Positions 50,416 through 63,485 of a stretch of DNA of 64,000 nt are shown piece by piece. How positions within the stretch are numbered: position 1 is the first letter of the stretch; each line of letters starts with the position of its first letter. The notes below the pieces were generated by a model. The model was not told where the DNA came from. It made no database searches and worked only from the letters and a program-made list of their open reading frames with translations. The DNA is from Stegostoma tigrinum (Eukaryota). The stretch is taken from NCBI RefSeq assembly GCF_030684315.1, contig NC_081359.1:23818184-23882183 (forward strand), in the 5' to 3' direction. The position numbers and the translations under genes are program-made.

Positions 50416-51479
50416 TTGCCCATAATGCTATGCTTTGTTTTGCTACTGGAAAAGCTGAGATACCTAAAGGAACTTTTGTGCTTGTATTACTAGTTATTTT
50501 CCATATAATAGCCTTAAAATTTGTGCTATTCCTTTGCAAATGTCATAGAGGTTTTTAGAGTTAGAGTTTTTACAGCACATTTAAAGGCCCTTCAGCCCAT
50601 TGTGTCTGCAAAAATGTTCAAGCATCTATTTATTCTAATCCCATTTTCTAGCATTTGGCCTGCAACTTTGCATGTTATAGCAATTCAAGTGCTCAGATAA
50701 AATTCTGAAACATCTTGAGAGTTCCTGCCTCCACCATCCTTTTACGTATCGAGTCAATGATTTCACCTCCCCCCCCCACCCCGGGTGAAAGTGTCTTTCC
50801 TTAAATTGCATCTAAACCTCCTGCTCCTTATCTTATAAAGATTATCAGCCATTTGCATGATTTGCATTTAAATATCAACGATATTTTGCACTACAATTCC
50901 TGTCACTGGGATGTGGATGGACCTGCAGTCCCTTCAGGGCATCTTGAATCTGAGTGAATCAGATGTATGTATCTCAACTAATTAGATGGAAACATTGTCA
51001 AATTAACATGTAAAGGCTGAACAAGGAAGTATAAATTACAGCAGGTGAACTCAATATGAATCAGCTGCAAAAAGATAAACAAAGCAAGGGAAAAAGTGAT
51101 TCAAAGAGACAAGGATATTAAAAAGAAACTTTATCATTTATTTTCCAAAGTATTTATGATAATGAAATATAGTCAAACAAGTATCAAATATATGCCAATG
51201 TTGGATAATAAGATTGGGAGAGATTCCTCATCACCAATTGGATGGAAATAATCATTAGGGACGGCACCATTGCTCTAGAAAACAACATGCGCGTATAACT
51301 GCATATTGCTACAACAGCTCAGACACCCTGAGTGAACACTTAACATGCCATCAACTGAAGTTTCTGAGGCAAGTATTTAAGTAATATTGAACACTGTTAC
51401 TGTGACAGCAATTGGCATCATAATCAAGTGTGAATGTAGTAATATATTTACCTTACAATTTTATCAGTGAAATCTCTTT

Positions 51480-51705
51480 AAAATGGGAGTTTTCCTGGTT
51501 CCCAAGAGTGATTTTAATCCCTCAGTTTGTATCGCCAAAGTTGGTGATCTGATCATTATCCCACTGATATTTTGTGAGAATTTGTTGGGTGCAAATTGCA
51601 TATTGCATTTTATATGTCATAAAAATACACTTCAAAAGTATTCCATTATCTGCAAAGCAATCTGAGGTTTTGAATACTGCACTTAAATACAAATTTTATT
51701 CTATT
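51480..51705 (+). mobile_element. Deu-SINE 3' half
   Basis: gggagttttcctgg...atccctca...atctgatcattatc...gtgcaaattg...tacacttcaaaagta. Confidence 0.55.
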
Positions 51706-53374
51706 TAGTTTGCTATGTAACAGTCCAATGCGAGGCAGAGATATTTGTGTTTGAACAGGCTAAGGCAGTAGGAGTTAAATTCAGTTCTTAACCTTGAGTT
51801 ATGCAAACTAAGATTGAGAACGATAAATTTAAATGGTGCAGCTTCTGAATTGAGAGCCTGACATGACCACTGAGAGAGGCACCTGATTCAAACACCTTAA
51901 CTGTAACAAAAGCAGCTGTCTGTAAAATTGAATAAGCTCTGCAGAGTGGAAATAAAGATTTGAGCTTGAGGTCTAAGTTGAAGAGTAGTTACTGACTGTA
52001 GAAAATGAGTCTCAATTTGTTCTATGAGACAAGGTTTAGAAACCTTGTGAATGTGGATTGAAACTGAAATCTGAATGAGGAATAGCTACTAAAATCTCAG
52101 TCACGATCTATGGTTATGCCAAATAAGATTTCATGGAAGTATGCAAAGACAAAAATCATATTTATGTTATTTTTTGCTGTAGTGATATATCAACATTCTT
52201 ATTAAAGTCTTGGATCTAATTTTTCATTTTGGCAAGAAACAGATTAACAACGTTTTGAAATATAATTCAAACTAGGATGTAGCAGAATACTCAGTAAAAA
52301 GTTTGATAAATGTCACAGGAAGAACAAAAACACTTTGGAGTTTCTTGATAAACCTATTACACTGTTGTTTTAGTTCAGAAGAATTAAATATGAAACAGTG
52401 AGGTGACTTTCATGGCAGTGAAAAGTCTCAGCTGTAGAACAAATTGCTGTGTTTTGTAATAGACTTGTACCTTGTAGCTTCTGAATGGATAAAAGTAAGA
52501 TGTTGAAAGGTCTTAAAAGAAATATTATATAATTACAGGCCTCTGCCACGAAAAGTCTGAAGTATCATTCTGTCAGCAATTCATTTAAAATCTCATAATC
52601 AATTTTCCTTTCAGGGAACTTCTTTTTTTTGGAATAAAGTTTCAGCTGGATGAAGCTACTTAGTGGCAATGCTATTTTAGTAGAAGACAAAACATTTGAG
52701 CCATCAGTATCTATAGTAGAAATGTCAAGAGCATTGGCTTTATCACTTCACCAACAACATTGCCATAAGATGCCATCTAATAGCTGACGAAATACAGATG
52801 TGCAATATCCATTATTGTAGCACGTGCTTTTCATGGTTTCAGCTAACGAAATATAAATCCAAGCATTGAAGAAGTTTTAATAAACAACAAGTAGATATGA
52901 TGAATGAAAAGAAACATTTTCTAGGAAAAATTAGAGTGTGAGGCAACTGGTATCTGAAAAGTGAAGAGGCAAGTTAATGTTTGGGATGTAACCTCTTTTT
53001 CTGAACAGGTATGTCCCAAAAACATTTAAGAAGAAAACACAAGTTATTATTCAATTGGCCCTGGAAATACATGCCTATGCTGAAGCTTCTGAGATGTCAC
53101 TGACAACAATTTAGTGATGCACACAACAAAAGTTCTCACTCTTTGTTGAAAATGAGTTTAAGGAGGACTAGTTTCTACCATATCATGAGCATCATGTCCA
53201 TTGGCTTTTCTACAACTCCAATTATATGGGATCGTTCGTACTGAATCCAAATAAATCAATTTGCAGGCTTGTTTCAGTTGTGTTGTCGATTTCTTTGGTC
53301 TGATTTCACACCTATATTAAACACTATGACTGAACTTACAATTCTAAGAGTCTGTTAACAATTAAATACTCATG

Positions 53375-53570
53375 TAATAGGAACTGCAGATGCTGCAGAA
53401 TCCGAGATAACAAGGTGTAGAACTGGATGAACTCAGCAGGCCAAGCAGCATCAGAGGAGCAGGGAAGCTGATGTTACAGGCCTAGACCCTTCATCAGAAA
53501 TGTCAGCTTTCCTGCTCCTAAGATGCTGCTTGGCCTGCTGTGATAATCCAGCTCTACACCTTGTTATCTC
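53375..53570. mobile_element. Fold-back Penelope-terminus element (family A)
   Basis: Left arm gagataacaaggtgtagaactggatg...gacccttcatcag and right arm tgtcagctttcctgctcc...ccttgttatctc; tail on the left arm; imperfect TSD aaatac(tc/a)atgtaat. Confidence 0.88.
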
Positions 53571-54041
53571 AAATACAATGTAATGTTATTTTATAAAGCC
53601 AGACTACTTAGCTATTTACTAACTGAATAAAAACTTTGAGTAATGCTGGTCAAGTTGTATTTACTGTCCCTTCCTAATTGCCATGATGGTGATGATGATA
53701 GTGAGTAATTACGTCAAATTTTGATTCCTTTTATATTTGTTAATTTATCAGATGACCCAGTGGCAGATTGATCATAAGTTGACAACATGTAACTAGCTCT
53801 GGTATTGAATGAAGACTGGGGTGGGAAATTCCAGGAGATTTCATGGTAGCCCATGGGCCATAGCTATATTTTGTCACTACTGTAGAATGAAATGGTGGTT
53901 GCAACTGGGCATCAAAAGATGATTGATGGATGTCGAGTTACATTGCCTTGAAGTTATCTTAAATACTAGCTGGGCTATTAGCTGGAGCTGTTTGAATTAG
54001 CAAGAATGTGGTAATGGGATGATGAAATAAATTTTACTCAC

Positions 54042-54143
54042 CATTCAGTATAGCTTTTGGGAGCTCCCTTTAATTTATATACCTGGTTTCTTACAACAGT
54101 ATCCAGGTGATTAATCTTCAATTCCTGGTGACTTCGGGTCAAT
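54042..54143 (-). other. Candidate 102-nt exon
   Basis: Acceptor ctcatgtttttag and donor ATG|gtgagt; length divisible by 3; one open frame LTRSHQELKINHLDTVVRNQVYKLKGAPKSYTE, not recognised. Confidence 0.35.
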
Positions 54144-55192
54144 CTAAAAACATGAGCAAATCTACTGAAGAAAATTGCTTCTTATTCACATCAACAATCA
54201 TCTCAGTTGATTTGGCTTTAGTGAAGTGAATTTTACCATTCAGTTGACTTACTGCAGACTGAAATAAAGTCCTGCTTCCATTGTTTATATCATTTGAATC
54301 TTTTCAATAATCTAGTCTTTATTTTTTAGAGTTTTGAGTATGTGGGTTTATTCATGTCTGCGTATATTGAGTTTAATTTTGATTGCATGGGAAGTAACTT
54401 GCAATTATACTGCTCTGGATTTTGTGATCATTGGTGAAGAAACTGCATTCATCATTTACCACATTGAACAGATGCCCATTTACATTTTGGTGAGCTTTAA
54501 AACAGATTTGCTCTCGTTCAATGTCTGATCCAGCATGACAGCCTCCACTTATCCTTCGGGCATCTGTGATCAGGGCCTGAAACAATCAGGTTTGAAGACT
54601 TCTGACTGAGGTCTGCAATCCGGGAAGTAGAAACCCAGGATGATAAATTAGCGTTACATCATATACTCAAAGGTAATATAAAGTTTTGGAAAAATAACTG
54701 ACAGGACTAAGATAGAAAAAGAAAAAGAAAACCTCTAATAACTATTAACCTCTGAAGGAATCAGACTGCCCACTTGTAAAACTACGTTTACAGGTTGTTT
54801 GGAAGTAAATGTAAGTAATTGAATTGAAGAAAGTTTGCATCACCAACTCATTTAATGCTTAACCTTTAAGTGGCAAATGTAAGAGCGCACCATCTGAAGC
54901 AGTGGGATACTTCTGAAAGTGACATTGGGATTTTTGTGTGACTACAGGTTGTCCAGTTTCTTACATAATACTGCTGAGTGTTTTTAACTTCATGGTTACC
55001 ATTAAGACCAAATTTGAATTTTATTGTCATGAACTCAAGCACAGAGAAACAAGAGTCCAATGAAAAGTGTACAAAGTCACCATTCCCAGTACTACCTTGA
55101 GTACAAAGGTACCTAGGTACAACATTGAAAAAAAGAAATAAAGTTAAAAGTTCAAAGCCTTTTATGAAGTAGAAAAATAAAGAAACAAATAC

Positions 55193-55398
55193 GACAGTCG
55201 AAAATACCAACAACTGCAGATGCTGGAGTCACAGCCAACATAGTGTGGAGCTGGAGGAAGACAGCAAGCTAGGCAGCATCAGAGCAGTAGGAAAGTTGAC
55301 ATTTTAGGTTGGGATCCTTTTTCACAAGGGTTCTGACTCAAAACATCGACTTTCCTACTGTTCTGATGCTGCCTGACCTGTTCCGCTCCTCCAGCTCT
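55193..55398. mobile_element. Fold-back Penelope-terminus element
   Basis: aactgcagatgctggag...gagctggagg...ggcagcatcagagcagtaggaaagttgac pairs with tcgactttcctactgttctgatgctgcc...cctccagctc. Confidence 0.8.
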
Positions 55399-55399
55399 T

Positions 55400-56060
55400 C
55401 ATGACAGTTGAATAGAAGCTTGGTCAAAGAGATGGCTGATCAGAAAATTGCCAAATGGTGACAAAGAGGCTGGGAGGTTTAGATAAAGAGGTAGGGTATT
55501 AGGAATGAAAAAGCTGTGAACCTCACTCCCAAATGTGACTCTGGGAAAAGAAAATGCTTGGGAAGCAAGAATCAGAAACATGATGTGATAAGGAAGATTA
55601 TGCAGTAGAACAGGAGGAGAATGCAGAGAAGAGGCAAAGCCATTTAGAATGAGAGTGATGATTTTAATTTGAATGTTTTGGAAATTTGAAAACTGGTATA
55701 GGTTAGAGTGGATGAGTTTAATTTTCAAGGGATATGGGACAGTGTACATACAGCAGTGGTTTGAACAAGCTTAGTTTATGAAATATAGGGACTGAGCAGT
55801 GAGTGGACGGTTGAAGTAACTGAGTCTGGAATTAACAATATCATACACAAAAGTTTCAGCATCAGAATGTATGAGCTGGATAGGGGTATAGTTACTGGAA
55901 ATGAAATATGCACACTCTCATATGATATCTGAGTTTTGAAGGTCAACTCAGGACAACAAGATTATGTTTTATTGTGTTCAAGTTGGAATACTGGCTAGAT
56001 GGATGGAATATAGGTTGAGACACAGAAGTTTATGATGGGAGTTGAAGATATTTTGCCCAC
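55400..56060 (-). mobile_element. L2 LINE remnant
   Basis: agaagcttggtcaaagagatgg is the reverse of the LFDQAF-type L2 tail; downstream sequence is L2-like. Confidence 0.55.
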
Positions 56061-56346
56061 CTTAAGCTGAAAGAAATAACCCAGCACAATACAGGGTAAT
56101 GAAGGGAAAGAAGCAATGAAGTTGCAGAGTGAATGTTGTCAACTGAATTTTAACAACCAGAAACTGTAATGTTGAAAGTTGACACCTACAATTAGCAAAG
56201 AACAGTACAATGAAAAGAATATAGAATATTGTTAGGAATGCTCTAGCTGGATTTAGAAAAGTAGGCACAGAATCTTGTAAAGATAATCATATGGTGTTGG
56301 ACCATGGAGGAAGGGGATTGAAAGACCATGAAATGGTCAGCCATGT

Positions 56347-56750
56347 TGAACATAGAAACATAGGCAGGTGTAGGCCATTCGGCTCCTGGAGTCTGTTGCA
56401 GCATTCAGTGATATTATGGCTGACCTGTGGCCTAACACCGTATACCTACCTTTGGCAGATATCTCTGAATGCCTTTTTTAACAAAAAAAAACTATCTCAG
56501 ATTTAAAATTAACAACTGATCTGGTATCCACTGCCATTTAGGGAAGAGAATTTCAAACATCTACAAGCCTTTGTGTGTAGAAATGCTTCATCACGTCTTT
56601 GATAAATTGTCTATCCCTAAATTTTAGCCTATACTTTGTAGTTCTAGAATCCCCAACCACTGGAAATATTCTATCTTTACCTACCCTGTCTTTTCCTGTT
56701 CATATCTTGAAGATTTTGGTCTGATCACTCCACAACCTTCTTAATTCTGG
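56347..56750 (-). mobile_element. CR1 3' fragment
   Basis: gaacatagaaacataggcaggtgtaggccattcggctcc... Confidence 0.75.
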
Positions 56751-59552
56751 AATATAACAAAATGTTAAGAAAATAAACCATAGATACTAGTTTGTGTGTG
56801 TGTGTGTGAGAGAGATACTTTCAGAGAATGGTAAATACTTTTCTGGGGGTGACACTGGGGGATTAAGTGATCAAGAATGAAAGGAGATTGAAGATGCTTC
56901 AATAAATAGTGAGGAGAAATGGAAATAATTTAGCTGTACTAAGGGGATTTCCTGAAGTGAAAGACAAAGACAATGAACACAGGGCTTGGAGGAAGACTGG
57001 AGATGTTAGATGTTGATTGGAAGTTGGAGCTGGTGAGAAGTTCAGTATTAGAGTGGATACGAGAGTAGAGAAATGGGAAAAAGCTACAAGTTGTGGATAG
57101 AATAGGGGATATAAATTAGCAAAAGTGCTTTCGATCCTGAAAATTCAGAAAATCTTGATCCTCACAGTTGGTGTTATACCTGAAGCTGGAACAGGGCAGG
57201 AGTGGTAACATTGGGTAGTTGGTTAGGATCAGACTAAAGGCCAAATGTTGAAGATTAGATATGTCAGAATTATGTTGATGAGTTGAAACAAAATGCATTG
57301 CATGTGGGTTAAAATTTAATGATAGAAATATCTCTAATAGAAAGTACTCTAAAATATCATATGAGAATACACATAAAGAACTATGTCACAATGATGCCAG
57401 ACCCCCGGAACTTAAGTCTAGGCTGTGAGGTTCCAGAAAGACATTGTCTCTTACATCTCCTACATAGTTATGCTTAATAAAGCCTCTTTAGTTTACTTAC
57501 CTGAGTGTACACCTGATCTTATAACAATTATTTATCCAACTGCAAGGCCCAAGCGGTCACAAAGCAGGTTCAGGCAGCTTTAAAGCAACAATACAAATAC
57601 ATTATTGAATTTTTATTTTGTAGTCCACATGTGCCATGTTCGCCTCTCAGCAGGAGATTCTTTGCAGTCTTCAACCGCATCTTTAAAGTAAATGCAGTAA
57701 CCAGCAAAATAGATTAAACAACGATTCCCAAAACTCTTTAAAGGTCTGGGGAAATGAAATGCTGCACATCACAACATGCTGAAGACAAATGCTAAACCTG
57801 TCTGCTTGTTCAGACCCAGGAAGTCTGGGAGAAAGGCTATGCTCTAAAAGGGGGTTATTTGTAAAGTCATACGGTAGACTATGTGGTGTTTTGCTTTGAT
57901 GGCAATTCTCAAATTCTACAATATGACAAAATGTTCAGAAAATAAACCATGGACATAATCTATTCTCTTCTTTGTGAGTGTGTTCAAAAGTGTTTTGCTC
58001 CACGAGAAATTTTCATCTGATACTTTCAGAGAATGGTAAGCACTTTTCTAGGAATTCACACATTGGGCGATTTCAGAAATGAAGGGAAAATTGAATCAAA
58101 TCCTAAGTCAAATCAACCTATTATAATTGTGTTGCCTTAATATATTTGAACAAGGCAAATACAGTGAGAGGTACATCCAGTGGCATCTGTAGCTGACTGG
58201 ACATTGGCACAACAGCGGCAGTACCATCTGATGCAAGGGTTAAAGATTCTCAAAGTAGCATTTAGAATTACATAAGCCTCCATGACACCCAAACAAACTC
58301 CCTACATGTTGAGGGAAATTGCTGAAGCGACATGAAAAACATACCCTGTTAAGCACAGAGACTTCCTGGATTTTGGAAGGAGGAGTGGCAGGTGTGTGAT
58401 GAGTGTAAATATTTCAGGAGATCAAGATTTCAGGGCATTTGGGAAGCTTGGAGTAAAGTGTTAGCTCTACATTTAAGAATGAGCATATGCATTTGTTTTA
58501 TGTGACTGGGTGAAATCTTATAGGGGCCTAAATTATGTGACCTATGACGAGAAATGCGTGAATGATGTGTGAAGTCCAATGAAGCCTATCTCACCATTCG
58601 GAGCAACTTACTCCATCTTTTATAAGTTCCTGACACTGAGGTGAGATTTTTGTTAAGGAGCAGTAATTTGTATATTATAATGGATCATAGTTTGGTAAAG
58701 ACCTTATTAACTGCACACCTTACCTCTTTAACATGGAGTTTCTTGTCTCTGACCCACCACAAGCAAACTAGTCACTGAGACCTCTCGACATGGAAAAGAC
58801 AGCAGCTACCTGGGGACTTCAACACGCTACTGGCTATGACGAGTCTTCATGTTGGTTACCATGCAACAGCATCTCAGGGCATGATTTGTGGATATTGCTC
58901 ACTCAAAGACATTGGCATTCGATATTTGCTAAACTTTCAGGATCCCCATTGTGCCTCTCCAATCCACTTGCAGCATACTTAAGGAGCACAGACCTGCGTT
59001 GCCTTTTGTACAAAAAGCCAGCATTGAAGAGTTGCTGCAAGGACACTTTGTGCACAGTTTTGACTTCAGTCCTGCTCACTTGCTCTCTTAATTCCTGCTC
59101 ACTTAGTGCCCACACAGATGCTCACAGCATTACTGTTTTGCCTTGCTTTGCTGAGCTGATTAGTACAGATACCGAGCCAGACAGCTTGTCTTGTTGGCAA
59201 ATAGTCCTATTATGCATCTTGTTTATAGCCATGTGCTATGTCAATCTGTCACTTGCACTATTTACAGCAAACACACAATTGTGGAGGGGTGCAATGTATT
59301 GGTAAGGATGGGGGGAGCAATTACAGTAAGTCATGGGTGGGAGACGGTAATCGTGAGGACAGTTCATCCACAGTCAGAACAGCCCGTCTTCAAAATAGCA
59401 AGATTCGTGACCACACCTGACATGGAGGAGCTGGATATTAGACCGTTACCAGCATGCAGAGGCAGAAGCTGGAAACCACTGCCTGAAGATTGTTCACTAT
59501 GGCCTTCCATTGCACTGGAAATCCAAACTATGCAACAGGAAGGAAAATGGCC

Positions 59553-59767
59553 GTGACTGAAATAGCTCCATAGAGGCCAGTATCCCATCACCAAATCACC
59601 CTTCATTTACATGTGGAGACTCCTTGACACTGATCCAGCTCTTTCAGAGCCAACTCTCAGATAGAACAGAACATCTGACACTCCTTTTTCTATCTGTCAG
59701 CCAGGTCTCCCCGATTGGACCAGATTAACAGCCTCATCAGGGAACTCATTCAATGAGATCCACCTGC
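59553..59767 (-). mobile_element. Solo LTR (same family as 34752-34989), truncated
   Basis: Shares ttgacactgatccagctc...tctgacactcct...gattggaccagattaacagcc. Confidence 0.75.
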
Positions 59768-60099
59768 GGTCCTCAACACACCCAGAGTGGGCAGGGTAGG
59801 TCTCTCAATCTGTCAAGGAAGGTCCCCACTAACATGAGACTCTTGAGAAACAAACATTATATAAACACCCATGCACTCTACAGGACAGAGATCTGCAGGT
59901 CCTTAATAACTGGCAATCTTAATGTATTGGCATCTTGTGCACATAAAAGCTTTAGAACACAGAACAGTACAATGCTGCAAAAGTCCTTTGGGTCACCATG
60001 TCTATGTTGACTATGATGCCATTCTAAGCTAATACCATCTAACTGTACATGGTCCATATCCCTATGCTTCTGTCCTGGACATTGTGCACAGAAGTGTTG

Positions 60100-61590
60100 G
60101 TACTGAATGAAGTGGTCTGCAGAGGTCATGGGAAATATAGGGATGTTGGACCGTGAGGAGCAAATGTACAAGTAGAGCTCACTGCTCTCCATACATATTG
60201 TTTATCTTTCTTCTGCTTTCTGCAGCAGACTCTCAACACAGACGTTGATCCACAGCACATCCTTTATGAACGTGGAGTTAGACATTATGCCAGCACAATT
60301 ACAGTTAAGGCTACTCAGAGACCTGTGACAGCACAGGTCCTGACTCACAGAAGCATCTACCATCCTGTCCATGGAGGCAGCTAAACAACTGTAAGATTGA
60401 AGGAGCTGAGGTCCCCATAGCATAGCTGCACTTTGGCAGTCTCTGGATTAGGAAGTCCATTGCCTCCCACACGCATGTCCACTGCTTCTGTTCCTCCCTT
60501 TGAGCAATGTTCTGATTGTTGGCATCATGGTCTCCTCTCCTGACTGGGGCAGTCCTCTAAGTGCCAGCAGACTGGGGCATTTCTTCGTCAGCCTGCTGTG
60601 GAGCTGTTGCATTCACCAGATTGTGCTCTCAAACATTCTAAATAAGACACTCCCACCAAGGCATCAGTCTCTGGAGCTGCAGGAGGCAGCCTAGCTGATG
60701 CTCAGAGGTCAAGGAGGTGACTTCTGCAGAACAGGCCATTTTTCCTCTGGGGCCCACTGTCGTCAGACATCTTAATGATACCTGCAAGACACAAAGAAGA
60801 GAATGCATCCTGGCCAATGGTTAGAAATGGTGCATAATAAATGACACTGAAACTGGAGTTAATGTGACATTTCTAGTGAAATGAGGTGGTACTTCTACCA
60901 TTGGTGGGACTTGGAAGTCTTGGCATCCTGTAGCTGAAATTGTGGCCTTTTCCTGTGTGGAACAGACTTTTTTTTCCTCATAGTGGGTGAGGAGGTAGTG
61001 GAGACTTGATGGGTCAAATGGCCTACTTTTGCTTCTATACCTTATGGACTTGTGGTGTTATGTCAGACACCCCTCCATGTTTCCTGCTTCATTCTGCCCT
61101 TTTATGGACTGTTTTCTCCTGGAATGAGAGAAGGGGAGGGATAGAATGAAAATGGACAATTCAGCTGTTATTATAGATGGTCAAAAGGCGCTTGGATCTC
61201 CTGAAGGAATGAGTTGGCAATACAGGAATCATCCAGGGTGAGTGGTGTAGGGTGCAGCAGCAGGGAGAACAGGAGTGAGTGTGGAAAAATGTTGTAGAGA
61301 GTGACAGAACATGAGCCTTGGTGGGAGGTGGCTGCAGTATCAGAGACAGAGTGAGTGTGAAGTCACAGGAAGGTGTTCTATGCTTATCCTAGCAGAGCAG
61401 AGAAAGTCACTGGGCATCTTTCCAGACCACACAGACTGCTCTGACCCGGGTGGTGACCTCAGACCAAAGTCTGGTGTTGTGGTGCCCCCTGATGGTCCTG
61501 CAGGAAAAGGACACCCTTCCAATCACCAGTCTGTCCACAAGGAAGTCCAAGAACTTGTTGGAGAATCATGCCAGCCTTTTCCCTTTCTCT
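60100..61590 (-). pseudogene. Decayed PIF/Harbinger transposon Myb/SANT DNA-binding gene (intron-containing)
   Basis: Exon 61590-61388 (with frameshifts): EKGKRLA*FSNKFLDFLVDRLV / VLFLQDHQ / WSEVTTRVRAV...DAQ / DFLCSAR. Exon from 61118: EKTVHKRAE*SRKHGGVSDI, like the Harbinger EK.AHN.RE..KTGGG motif. A third acceptor lies at 60781. Confidence 0.65.
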
Positions 61591-63114
61591 GATCTCTTCG
61601 GGATGACTGTCCATCACTGAGCAGGAGAGCTTTAGAATACCAGTGCTTATCCAGGTGCAAAGTGGCCTCTTCAGAATAACATGGACACCAAGGATGCTGC
61701 TCTTTTGTCGCATGTCTGATAAGTGACAAATTGTTCTGGGATCAGAAACTGGTAGGACGGTGTTAGAATTGAGTGAGCAGGGAGCAATAGGAGTGGGATA
61801 AGTAGCTAATGAGCAGTGTTTGGTAAGAGATCTCGTTACAGCACCTTTAGGACCAGCAGCAAGAAATCCCCCATGGAACTTGATGAGACTGACACCACCT
61901 AAAAAAATATTCTGCCTACTGTGTTGTCAGCTTGCACTGAGCCAGAGCCTGGTTCTGTAAGACTCCAGAAGAATGTCCTCTCTTTAACTATATGCCAGTG
62001 TAAGTAAGTTCAATAAAATCTGTTAATGTTTACTCACGTGAATGTCAACATAACCTCAATGCATTGGGAGGATGAGTGAAACAGTTGGTAACACTCTTGC
62101 CTCGAGCCTGATGACCCTGGTGTGGGTCCCACACTAGAATCTATTGGCAACAGAACAGTCCAGTCAATGGTACAAACAGGCTAGTGCATATTGATACCTG
62201 TCCTCAGACTGTATAAACAGAGAGGGTTTATTTCGGGAAAGGGTATACAGCTATAATCCACTCACCAAAAATACTGGCAAAAGACGATTGATACAAAAAG
62301 TGAACAATTTTATGGCAACCTCTCTTACGTTGGAATAGCCAAAACAGCGTGCTCAATAAGACATTTTTTAATAGCTGTAACAGTCAGACTTGTTCAGTTT
62401 CTTATGTGTTTTTGCATGATTTCAGACAATGGAAATAGAATGGCGGAAATAATTTAAGATATCTATTCTAATTCTGCACTTTTGCATATATGCACTAGTT
62501 TCAGTAGTATAAATAATGAAACAGCATTCCCTTGCAGTTATTTCTGCATCCAACAAATGTACTTAATGTCATGGAAATGCAGTTGAAAGATGGCAAATGC
62601 TAACAGCTTGTCAAGAAATATAACATATGAATTGTGGTTCATATCTTCTCAGACTGGATGAGATAATGACGCAATGGAATCTTACGCTGGTCACAGCTCT
62701 GAGATTAGATCAAGACTGTGTTTGTTTGAGTTTATCAACATTTTATAGCAGATGTATTTCTTTTGAATTACTAGACAACACTCAGTAAATATTCATTTAT
62801 AAAGCTACAATCTTCAGAAAATGTTAAGGTTGCAAACTCTGTGCTTGATTAACTATAATTATATTTCAAATTGGGTGGAATTAATTTGCGTCAATTAAAT
62901 ATAGGCTATAATCTGAAAATGAATGCCATGCTGTGACATAAATCTTTCAAACATTCAATTAAGTGAGCATGGTCAGCAGGTACTGACTGCATTAAACAGG
63001 AATGAATGGAAATGACATGGAAACCAAATGTTGTTTCTATTTTAACAGAATCTGTTGTGAGCTGTTATTTACTGCAACTGAAGGAAAATGCCAGCTACTC
63101 TGAAAAGATTACAA

Positions 63115-63485
63115 ATGGTTGAACAGATTGAGGCTCTTTCCTCAGAGATCAAATGAGACCTTCAAAATTACAAAGGGCCTTGGTAGACTCGGTGTGGAGA
63201 AGACATTTCTATTTGCAGTTAAATCAAATTTTAGGGATTGCAAAATACAAGAAAGGAGGAATACATCCAGTAAGGTAAAAACATCATTATCCACTAAGTG
63301 ACAAGAGCTTGCTACCATATGAAGTACTTAAGGTGAATATCATTGATGTGTTTAAGGTGAGGCTAGGTACGTGAATGAAAGGGAAAGGAACAGAAGGATA
63401 TTTCAGTGATAAGGCTGAAGTGAAGTAAGGTGAAAGGGTTTGCATAAAATACTACATGTACTTGCTGGGCTGAATGGCCTGTGAA
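63115..63485 (+). mobile_element. Old CR1 3' remnant
   Basis: Peptide LNRLRLF..., ETFKITKGLGR; tail gggctgaatggcctg. Confidence 0.6.

Noticed and set aside
58790-59556. 171-aa and 121-aa ORFs as a gene or transposase
   Set aside because: No recognisable motifs; likely decayed repeat sequence.
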